Below, one piece after another: positions 53,701 through 64,000 of a stretch of DNA of 64,000 bases; position 1 is the first letter of the stretch, and each line of letters opens with the position of its first letter. This DNA is from Eledone cirrhosa (lineage: Eukaryota), in the NCBI GenBank assembly GCA_964016885.1, contig OZ024741.1, forward strand, positions 195,176,001 to 195,240,000. The letters run 5' to 3'. The translations under genes and the position numbers were made by a program. The notes beneath the pieces were generated by a model, which worked only from the letters and a program-made list of their open reading frames with translations, was not told the origin of the DNA and ran no database searches.

Positions 53701-54915
53701 TGATGATGTTGCTATTGCTGCTGTTGTTGTTATAGTTGTTGTTATAGCTGTGGCTGTTCTTATTGATGTTGTCGCTATTGCTGCTGTTGCTGTTTCTGTT
53801 GTTGTTATAGCTGTGGCTGTTCTTATTGATGTTGTTGCTATTGCTGCTGCTGTTGTTATAGCTGTTGTTATAGCTGTGGCTGTTCTTATTGATGTTGTTG
53901 CTATTGCTGCTGTTGTTGTTATAGTTGTTGTTATAGCTGTGGCTGTTCTTATTGCTGCTATTGTTGTTATAGTTGTTGTTATAGCTGTGGCTGTACTTAT
54001 TAATGTTGTTGCTATTGCTGCTGTTGTTGTTATAGTTGTTGTTATAGCTGTGGCTGTTCTTGTTGAGGTTGTTGCTATTGCTGCTGTTGTTATAGTTGTT
54101 GTTATAGCTGTGGCTGTTCTTATTGATGTTGTTGCTATTGCTGCTGTTGTTGTTATAGTTGTTGTTATAGCTGTGGCTGTTCTTATTGATATTGTTGCTA
54201 TTGCTGCTGTTCTTGTTATAGTTGTTATAGCTGTGGCTGTTCTTATTGATGTTGTTGTTATTGCTGATGTTGTTGTTATAATTGTTGTTATAGCTGTGGC
54301 TGTTACTATTGATGCTGTTGTTGTTATAATTGTTGTTATAGCTGTGGCTGTTCTTATTGCTGCTGTTGCTATTGCTGCTGTTGTTGTTATAGTTGTTGTT
54401 ATAGCTGTGGCTCTTCTTATTGATGCTGTTGCTATTGCTGCTGTTGTTGTTATAGTTGTTGTTATAGCTGTGGCTGTTGTTATTGATGCTGTTGCTATTG
54501 CTGCTGTTGATGTTATATTTGTTGTTATAACTGTGGCTGTTCTTATTGATATTGTTGCTATTGCTGCTGTTCTTGTTATAGTTGTTATAGCTGTGGCTGT
54601 TCTTATTGATGTTGTTGTTATTGCTGATGTTGTTGTTATAATTGTTGTTATAGCTGTGGCTGTTACTATTGATGCTGTTGTTGTTATAATTGTTGTTATA
54701 GCTGTGTCTGTTCTTATTGCTGCTGTTGCTATTGCTGCTGTTGTTGTTATAGTTGTTGTTATAGCTGTGGCTGTTGTTATTGATGCTGTTGCTATTGCTG
54801 CTGTTGATGTTATAGTTGTTGTTATAACTGTGGCTGTTCTTATTGATGTTGTTGCTATTGCTGCTGTTGTTGTTATAGTTGTTGTTATAGCTGTGGCTGT
54901 TCTTATTGATGTTGT
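5701..54915 (+). repeat. ~49-kb tandem satellite with 63-bp consensus GCTGTGGCTGTTCTTATTGATGTTGTTGCTATTGCTGCTGTTGTTGTTATAGTTGTTGTTATA (roughly 780 units)
   Basis: The 21-triplet unit repeats head-to-tail with no inversion or foreign insertion seen. Common length variants are 51 bp (one GTTGTTGTTATA missing), 66 bp (extra triplet) and 75 bp, plus recurrent 1-bp indels. Copy number is length divided by 63, so approximate. Confidence 0.97.
26098..38099 (+). repeat. Near-perfect 5,959-bp tandem duplication inside the 63-bp satellite
   Basis: Seven ORF-track starts recur at exactly +5959 (26206/32165, 27000/32959, 27736/33695, 28241/34200, 29940/35899, 30242/36201, 31926/37885). Translations are identical except where the last pair crosses the boundary. 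Identity starts at 26098/32057 and ends at 32140/38099. Confidence 0.93.
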
Positions 54916-57241
54916 TGTTGTTACTGCTGTTGTTACTGTTCTTGTTACTGTTGTGGTTAGTGTTGTTGTTACTGTGTTGTTACTGTGTTGTTACAGCTGT
55001 GTTACTGTTGTTGTTAATGTTGTTGTTACTGCTGTTGTTACTGTTGTTGTTACTGTTGTTGTTACTGTGTTGTTACTGCTGTTGTTACTGTTGTTGTTAC
55101 TGCTGTTGTTACTGTTGTTGTTACTGTTGTTGTTAATGTTGTTGTTACTGTGTTGTTACTGCTGTTGTTACTGTTGTTGTTACTGTTGTTGTTACTGTTG
55201 TTGTTACTGTTGTAGTTACTGTTGTTGTTACTGTTGTTGTTACTGTTGTTGTTACTGTTGTTGTTACTGTTGTAGTTACTGTTGTTGTTACTGTTGTTGT
55301 TACTGTTGTTGTTACTGTTGTTGTTACTGTTGTTGTTACTGTTGTAGTTACTTTTGTTGTTACTGTTGTTGTTACTGTTGTTGTTACTGTTGTTGTTACT
55401 GTTGTAGTTACTGTTGTTGTAACTGTTGTTGTTACTGTTGTTGTTACTGTTGTTGTTACTGTTGTTGTTACTGATGTTGTTACTGTTGTTGTTACTGGTG
55501 TTGGTACTGTTGTTGTTACTGTTGTTGTTACTGCTGTTGTAACTGCTGTTGTTACTGTTGTTGTTACTGGTGTTGTTACTGTTGTTGTTACTGTTGTTGT
55601 TACTGTTGTTGTTACTGTTGTTGTTACTACTGTTGTTACTGTTGTTGTTACTGCTGTTGTTACAGTTGTTGTTACTGTTGTTGTTACTGTTGCGGTTACT
55701 GTTGTTGTTACTGTTGTGGTTACTGTTGTTGTTACTGTTGCGGTTACTGTTGTTGTTACTGTTGTGGTTACTGTTGTTGTTACTGTTGTTGTTACTGCTG
55801 TTGTTACTGTTGTTGTTACTGTTGTTGTTACTGTTGTTGTTACTGTGTTGTTACTGTAGTTGTTACTGTTGTTGTTACTGTTGTTGTTACTGTTGTTGTT
55901 ACTGTGTTGTTACTGTTGTTGTTACTGTTGTTGTTACTGTTGTTGTTACTGTTGTTGTTACTGCTGTTGTTACTGTTGTTACTGTTGTTGTTACTGTTGT
56001 TGTTACTGTTGTTGTTACTGTTGTTGTTACTGTTGTTATTACTGTTATTGTTACTGTTGTTGCTACTGTTGTTGTTACTGTTGTTGTTACTGTTGTTGTT
56101 ACTGTTGTTGTTACTGCTGTTGTTACTGTTGTTGTTACTGTTGTTGTTACTGTTGTTGTTACTGCTGTTGTTACTGTTGTTGTTACTGTTGTTGTTACTG
56201 TTGTTGTTACTGTTGTTGTTACTGTGTTGTTACTGTTGTTGTTACTGTTGTTGTTACTGTTGTTGTTACTGCTGTTGTTACTGTTGTTACTGTTGTTGTT
56301 ACTGTTGTTGTTACTGTTGTGTTACCGTAGTTGTTATTGTTAATGTTGTTGTTACTGTGTTGTTACTGTTGTTGTTACTGTTGTTGTTACTGTTGTTGTT
56401 ACTGTGTTGTTTCTGTTGTTGTTACTGTTGTTGTTACTGTTGTTGTTACTGCTGTTGTTACTGTTGTTGTTACTGTTGTTGTTACTGCTGTTGTTACTGT
56501 TGTTGTTACTGTTGTTGTTACTGTGTTGTTACTGTTGTTGTTACTGTTGTTGTTACTGCTGTTGTTACTGTTGTTGTTGTTACTGTTGTTGTTACTGTTG
56601 TTACTGTTGTTGTTACTGTTGTTGTTACTGTTGTTGTTGTTACTGTTGTTGTTACTGTTGTTACTGTTGTTGTTACTGTTGTTGTTACTGTTGTTGTTAC
56701 TGCTGTTGTTACTGTTGTTGTTACTGTTGTTGTTACTGCTGTTGTTACTGTTGTTGTTACTGTTATTGTTACTGCTGTTGTTACTCTTGTTGTTCTTACT
56801 GTTGTTGTTACTGTTGTTACTGTTGTAGTTACTGTTGTTGTTACTGTTGCTGTTACTGTTATTGTTGTTACTGTTGTTGTTACTGTTGTTACTGTTGTTG
56901 TTACTGTTGTTGTTACTGTTGTTGTTACTGTTGTTGTTACTGCTGTTGTTACTGTTGTTGTTACTGTTGTTGTTACTGCTGTTGTTACTGTTGTTGTTAC
57001 TGTTGTTGTTACTGTTGTTGTTACTGCTGTTGTTACTGTTGTTGTTACTGTTGTTGTTACTGCTGTTGTTACTGTTGTTGTTACTGTTGTTGTTACTGCT
57101 GTTGTTACTGTTGTTGTTACTGTTGTTGTTACTGATGTTGTTACTGTTGTTGTTACTGTTGTTGTTACTGTTGTTGTTACTGTTGTTGTTACTGCTGTTG
57201 TTACTGTTGTTGTTACTGTTGTTGATACTGTTGTTGTTACT
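54916..57241 (+). repeat. 12-bp satellite (GTTGTTGTTACT)n with GCTGTTGTTACT and 9/11-bp variants
   Basis: Direct inspection; source of the poly-L, TVVV and CCCY pseudo-ORFs. Confidence 0.95.
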
Positions 57242-60200
57242 GTTTTGTTACTGTAGTTGTTAGTGTTACTGTTGTTGTTACTGTTTTGTTACTGTAATTG
57301 GTATTGTTACTGTTGTTGTTACTGTTTTGTTATCGTAGTTGTTATTGTTGTTGTTATTGTTACTGTTGTTCTTACTGATTTGTTACTGTAGTTGTTATTG
57401 TTACTGTTGGTGTTACTGTTTTGTTACTGTTGTTGTTATTGTTACTGTTGGTGTTACTGTTTTGTTACTGTAGTTGTTATTGTTACTGTAGTTGTTACTG
57501 TTTTGTTACTGTAGTTGTTATTGTTACTGTTGTTGTTACTGTTTTGTTGTTGTAGTTGTTATTGTTACTGTTGTTGTTACTGTTTTGTTACTGTAGTTGT
57601 TATTGTTACTGTTGTTGTTACTGTTTTGTTACTGTAATGGTATAGTTACTGTTGTTGTTACTGTTTTGTTACTGTAGTTGTTATTGTTACTGTTGTTGTT
57701 ATAGTTTTGTTACTGTAGTTTTTATTGTTACTGTTGTTGTTACTGTTTTGTTACTGTAGTTGTTATTGTTACTGTTGTTGTTACTGTTTTGTTACTGTAG
57801 TTGGTATAGTTACTGTTGTTGTTACTGTTTTGTTACTGTAGTTGTTATTGTTACTGTTGTTGTTACTGTTTTGTTACTGTAGTTGTTATTGTTACTGTTG
57901 TTGTTACTGTTTTGTTACTGTAGTTGTTATTGTTACTGTTATTGTTACTGTTTTGTTACTGTAGTTGGTATAGTTACTGTTGTTGTTACTGTTTTGTTAC
58001 TGTAGTTGTTATTGTTACTGTTGTTGTTACAGTTTTGTTACTGTAGTTGTTATTGTTACTGTTGTTGTTACTGTTTTGTTACTGTAGTTGTTATTGTTAC
58101 TGTTGTTGTTACTGTTTTGTTACTGTAGTTGTTATTGTTACTGTTGTTGTTACAGTTTTGTTACTGTAGTTGTTATTGTTACTGTTGTTGTTACTGTTTT
58201 GTTACTGTAGTTGTTATTGTTACTGTTGTTGTTACTGTTTTGTTACTGTAGTTGTTTTTGTTATTGTTGTTACTGTTTTGTTACTGTAGTTGTTATTGTT
58301 ACTGTTGTTGTTACTGTTTTGTTACTGTTTTTGTTTTTGTTATTGTTGGTGTTACTGTTTTGTTACTGTAGTTGTTATTGTTACTGTTGTTACTATTTTG
58401 TTACTGTAGTTGGTATTGTTACTGTTGTTTTTACTGGTTTGTTACTGTAGTTGTTATCGTTACTGTTGTTGTTACTTATTTTGTTACTGTAGTTTTTACT
58501 TTTGTTGTTACTGTTGTTGTTACTGTTTTGTTACCGTAGTTGTTATTGTTACTGTTGTTGTTACTGTTGTGTTACTGTAGTTGTTATTGTTACTGTTGTT
58601 GTTACTGTTTTGTTACTGTATTTGTTACTTTTGTTGTTACTGTTGTTGTAACTGATTTGTTACCGTAGTTGTTATTGTTACTGTTGTTGTTACTGTTTTG
58701 TTACTGTAGTTGTTATTGTTACTGGTGGTGTTACTTTTTTGTTACTGTAGTTGTTACTTTTGTTGTTACTGTTGTTGTTACTGCTTTGTTACTGCAGTTG
58801 TTATTATTGCTGTTATTTTTACTGTTTTGTTACTGTAGTTGTTATTGTTACTGTTGTTATTACTGTTGTGTTACTGTTGTTGTTACTGTTGTTGTTACAG
58901 TTTTGTTACTGTAGTTGGTATCGTTACTGTTGTGTTACTGTTTTGTTACTCTAGTTGGTATTGGTACTGTTGTTGTTACTGTTTTCTTACCGTAGTTGTT
59001 ATTGTTGTTGTTACTGTTTTGTTACTGTTGTTGTTACTGTTGTTGTTACTGTTTTTTTTACTGTAGTTGTTATTGTTACTGTTGGTGTTACTGTTTTGTT
59101 ACTGTAGTTGTTATTGTTTCCGTTGTTGTTACTGTTTTGTTGTTGTAGTTGTTATTGTTACTGTTGTTGTTACTGTTTTGTTGTTGTAGCTGTTATTGTT
59201 ACTGTTGGTGTTACTGTTTTGTAACTGTAGTTCTTATTGATACTGTAGTGGTTACTGTTTTGTTACTGTAGTTGTTGTTGTTACTGTTGTTTGTTACTGT
59301 TTTGTTGTTGTAGTTGTTATTGTTACTGTTGTTGTTACTCTTTTGTTACCGTTTTGTTACTGTTTTGTTACTGTAGTTCTTATTGTTACTGTTGTTGTTA
59401 CTGTTTTGTTACTGTTGTTGTTACTGTTTTGTTACTGTTGTTGTTACTGTTTTGTGACCGTAGTTGTTATTGTTACTGTTGTTGTTACTGTTTTGTTACT
59501 GTTTTGTTACTGTTGATGTTATTGTTACTGTTGTTGTTACTGTTTTGTTACTGTAGTTGTTTTTGTTATTGTTGTTGTTACTCTTTTGTTACTGTAGTTG
59601 TTTTTGTTATTGTTGGTGTTACTGTTTTGTTACTGTAGTTGTTATTGTTACTGTTGTTGTTACTGTTTTGTTACTGTAGTTGTTTTTGTTATTGTTGTTA
59701 CTGTTTTGTTACTGTAGTAGTTATTGTTACTGTTGTTGTTACTGTTTTGTTACTGTATTTGTTATTTTGTTGTTACTGTTGTTGTTACTTATTTGTTACC
59801 GTAGTTGTTATTGTTACTGTTGTTGTTACTGTTGTTGTTACTGTTTTGTTACTGTAGTTGTTATTGTTACTGTTGTTGTTACTGTTTTGTTACTGTAGTT
59901 GTTATTGTTACTGTTGTTGTTACTGTTTTGTTACTGTAGTTGTTATTGTTACTGTTGTTGTTACTGTTTTGTTACTGTAGTTGTTTTTGTTATTGTTGTT
60001 ACTGTTTTGTTATTGTAGTTGTTATTGTTACTGTTGTTGATACTGTTTTGTTACTGTAGTTGTTTTTGTTATTGTTGGTGTTACTGTTTTGTTACTGTAG
60101 TTGTTATTGTTACTGTTGTTACTATTTTGTTACTGTAGTTGGTATTGTTACTGTTGTTGTTACTGGTTTGTTACTGTAGTTGTTATTGTTACTGTTGTTG

Positions 60201-63200
60201 TTACTTATTTTGTTACTGTAGTCTTTACTTTTGTTGTTACTGTTGTTGTTACTGTTGTTGTTACCGTAGTTGTTATTGTTACTGTTGTTGTTACTGTTTT
60301 GTTACTGTAGTTGTTATTGTTACTGTTGTTGTTACTGTTTTGTTACTGTATTTGTTACTTTTGTTGTTACTGTTGTTGTTACTGATTTGTTACCGTAGTT
60401 GTTATTGTTACTGTTGTTGTTACTGTTTTGTTACTGTAGTTGTTATTGTTACTGTTGTTATTACTGTTGTGTTACTGTTGTTGTTACTGTTGTTGTTACA
60501 GTTTTGTTACTGTAGTTGGTATCGTTACTGTTGTTGTTACTGTTTTGTTACTCTAGTTGGTATTGGAACTGTTGTTGTTACTGTTTTCTTACCGTAGTTG
60601 TTATTGTTATTGTTGGTGTCTCTGTTTTGTTACTGTTGTTGTTATTGTTGTTGTTACTGTTTTGTTACTGTAGTTGTTATTGTTACTGTTTTGTTACTGT
60701 AGTTGTTATTGTTACTGTTGTTGTTACTGTTTTGTTATCGTAGTTGTTATTGTTATTGTTGTTGTTACTGTTTTGTTACTGTAGTTGTTATTGTTACTGT
60801 TGTTGTTACTGTTTTGTTACTGTAGTTGTTTTTGTTATTGTTGTTACTGTTTTGTTACTGTAGTTGTTATTGTTACTGTTGTTGTTACTGTTTTGTTACT
60901 GTAGTTGTTTTTGTTATTGTTGTTACTGTTTTGTTACTGTAGTAGTTATTGTTACTGTTGTTGTTACTGTTTTGTTACTGTATTTGTTACTTTTGTTGTT
61001 ACTGTTGTTGTTACTTTTGTTGTTACTATTGTTGTTACTGATTTGTTACCGTAGTTGTTATTGTTACTGTTGTTGTTACTGTTTTGTTACTGTAGTTGTT
61101 ATTGTTACTGGTGGTGTTACTTTTTTGTTACTGTAGTTGTTACTTTTGTTGTTACTGTTGTTGTTACTGTTTTGTTACTGCAGTTGTTATTATTGCTGTT
61201 ATTTTTTCTGTTTTGTTACTGTAGTTGTTATTGTTACTGTTGTTATTACTGTTGTGTTACTGTTGTTGTTACTGTTGTTGTTACTGTTTTATTACTGTAG
61301 TTGGTATCGTTACTGTTGTTGTTACTATTTTGTTACTCTAGTTGGTATTGGTACTGTTGTTGTTACTCTTTTCTTACCGTAGTTGTTATTGTTATTGTTG
61401 GTGTCTCTGTTTTGTTACTGTTGTTGTTATTGTTGTTGTTACTGTTTTGTTACTGTAGTTGTTATTGTTACTGTTGTTGTTACTTTTTTGTTACTGTAGT
61501 TGTTATTGTTACTGTTGTTGTTACTGTTTTGTTATCGTAGTTGTTATTGCTACTGTTGGTGTTACTGTTTTGTTACTGTAGTTGTTATTGTTTCTGCTGT
61601 TGTTACTGTTTTGTTGTTGTAGTTGTTATTGTTACTGTTGTTGTTACTGTTTTGTTGTTGTAGCTGTTATTGTTACTGTTGGTGTTACTGTTTTGTAACT
61701 GTAGTTCTTATTGATACTGTAGTTGTTACTGTTTTGTTACTGTAGTTGTTGTTGTTACTGTTGTTGTTACTGTTTTGTTGTTGTAGTTGTTATTGTTACT
61801 GTTGTTGTTACTGTTTTGTTACTGTTTTGTTACTGTTTTGTTACTGTAGTTCTTATTGTTACTGTTGTTGTTACTGTTTTGTTACTGTTTTGTTACTGTA
61901 GTTCTTATTGTTACTGTTGTTGTTACTGTTTTGTTACTGTTGTTGTTACTGTTTTGTTACTGTTGATGTTATTGTTACTGTTGTTGTTACTGTTTTGTTA
62001 CTGTAGTTGTTTTTGTTATTGTTGTTGTTACTCTTTTGTTACTGTAGTTGTTTTTGTGATTGTTGGTGTTACTGATTTGTTACTGTAGTTGTTTTTGTTA
62101 TTGTTGTTACTGTTTTGTTACTGTAGTTGTTATTGTTACTGTTGTTGTTACTGTTTTGTTACTGTAGTTGTTTTTGTTATTGTTGTTACTGTTTTGTTAC
62201 TGTAGTAGTTATTGTTACTGTTGTTGTTAGTGTTGTTGTTACTGTTTTGTTACTGTAGTTGTTATTGTTACTGTTGGTGTTACTGTTTTGTTACTGTAGT
62301 CCTTATTGTTACTGTTGTAGTTACTGTTTTGTTACTGTAGTTGTTATTATTACTGTTGTTGTTACTGTAGTTGTTATTGTTACTGTTGTTGTTACTGTTT
62401 TGTTACTGTAGTTGTTATTGTTACTGTCGTTGTTACTGTTTTGTTACTGTAGTTCTTATTGTTACTGTTGTAGTTACTGTTTTGTTACTGTAGTTGTTAT
62501 TGTTATTGTTGTTGTTACTCTTTTGTTACTGTAGTTGTTTTTGTTATTGTTGGTGTTACTGTTTTGTTACTGTAGTTGTTGTTGTTACTGTTGTTATTAC
62601 TGTTGTGTTACTGTTGTTGTTATTGTTGTTGTTACAGTTTTGTTACTGTAGTTGGTATCGTTACTGTTGTTGTTACTGTTTTGTTACTCTAGTTGGTATT
62701 GGTACTGTTGTTGTTACTGTTTTCTTACCGTAGTTGTTATTGTTATTGTTGGTGTCTCTGTTTTGTTACTGTTGTTGTTATTGTTGTTGTTACTGTTTTG
62801 TTACTGTAGTTGTTATTGTTACTGTTGTTACTGTTTTGTTACTGTAGTTGTTATTGTTACTGTTGTTGTTACTGTTTTGTTATCGTAGTTGTTATTGTTA
62901 TTGTTGTTGTTACTGTTTTGTTACTGTAGTTGTTATTGTTACTGTTGTTGTTACTGTTTTGTTACTGTAGTTGTTTTTGTTTTTGTTGTTACTGTTTTGT
63001 TACTGTAGTTGTTATTGTTACTGTTGTTGTTTTTGTTATTGTTGTTACTGTTTTGTTACTGTAGTAGTTATTGTTACTGTTGTTGTTACTGTTTTGTTAC
63101 TGTATATGTTACTTTTGTTGTTACTGTTGTTGTTACTTATTTGTTACCGTAGTTGTTATTGTTACTGTTGTTGTTACTGTTGTTGTTACTGTTTTCTAAC

Positions 63201-64000
63201 TGTAGTTGTTATTGTTACTGGTGGTGTTACTGTTTTGTTACTGTAGTTGTTATTGTTACTGTTGTTGTTACTGTTTTGTCACTGTATTTGTTACTTTTGT
63301 TGTTACTGTTGTTGTTACTGATTTGTTACCGTAGTTGTTATTGTTACTGTTGTTGTTACTGTTTTGTTACTGTAGTTGTTATTGTTACTGGTGGTGTTAC
63401 TTTTTTGTTACTGTAGTTGTTACTTTTGTTGTTACTGTTGTTGTTACTGTTTTGTTACTGCAGTTGTTATTATTGCTGTTATTTTTACTGTTTTGTTACT
63501 GTAGTTGTTATTGTTACTGTTGTTATTACTGTTGTCTTACTGTTGTTGTTACTGTTGTTGTTACTGTTTTATTACTGTAGTTGGTATTGGTACTGTTGTT
63601 GTTACTGTTTTCTTACCGTAGTTGTTATTGTTATTGTTGGTGTCTCTGTTTTGTTACTGTTGTTGTTATTGTTGTTGTTACTGTTTTGTTACTGTAGTTG
63701 TTATTGTTACTGTTGTTGTTACTGTTTTGTTACTGTAGTTGTTATTGTTACTGTTGTTGTTACTGTTTTGTTATCGTAGTTGTTATTGTTATTGTTGTTG
63801 TTACTGTTTTGTTACTGTTGTTGTTACTGTTGTTATTACTGTTTTTTTACTGTAGTTGTTATTGCTACTGTTGGTGTTACTGTTTTGTTACTGTAGTTGT
63901 TATTGTTTCTGTTGTTGTTACTGTTTTGTTGTTGTAGTTGTTATTGTTACTGTTGTTGTTACTGTTTTGTTGTTGTAGCTGTTATTGTTACTGTTGGTGT
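57242..64000 (+). repeat. 41-bp satellite, consensus GTAGTTGTTATTGTTACTGTTGTTGTTACTGTTTTGTTACT, running beyond the window end
   Basis: GTAG recurs at 57511, 57552 and 57593 (period 41). The unit decomposes as 12+6+12+11 sub-blocks related to the adjacent 12-mer. It is more diverged after ~58.2 kb. Confidence 0.93.

Noticed and set aside
5650-55474. Dozens of long V/A/I-rich plus-strand ORFs that look like multi-pass membrane proteins
   Set aside because: They are translations of the 63-bp satellite. Starts are mostly GTG/TTG-type codons within the repeat, ends are set by recurrent 1-bp indels, and no non-repetitive domain is present.
54906-63937. Poly-Leu, CCCY (metallothionein/keratin-associated-like) and TVVV ORFs
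   Set aside because: These are frames of the 12-bp and 41-bp repeats; the 41-bp period is incompatible with a maintained reading frame.
54916-64000. Telomeric or subtelomeric repeat (G/T-rich strand running toward the window end)
   Set aside because: No TTAGGG/TTAGG units or G-runs; the repeats are GTT-based.

Overview
Eukaryotic, very microsatellite-rich animal DNA. The repeat style resembles Octopus/coleoid cephalopod sequence, but that is my recollection and was not checked. Only one coding exon is well supported: the first coding exon of a globin X-like gene on the minus strand (ATG at 4733, donor at 4506). It has an MGxxxSK N-myristoylation motif, a polybasic patch in place of the usual Cys3, globin helices A-B, and an intron exactly at the conserved B12.2 position. 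The downstream intron (1-4506) holds (TA)n/(CA)n tracts, a 17-copy compound minisatellite, a ~600-bp non-autonomous RTE-like retroelement, a diverged 129-bp duplication, and a Penelope-type minimal hammerhead-like motif on the same strand as the globin. The remaining ~58.6 kb (5353-64000) is one continuous GTT-derived satellite domain that starts ~620 bp from the globin ATG. It consists of a degenerate triplet lead-in, ~49 kb of a 63-bp unit with nested higher-order duplications (190, 360, 702, 1036, 1461, 5959 bp and ~19 kb), ~2.3 kb of a 12-bp unit, and then a 41-bp unit running off the window. Nearly all ORFs in the supplied track are by-products of these repeats.
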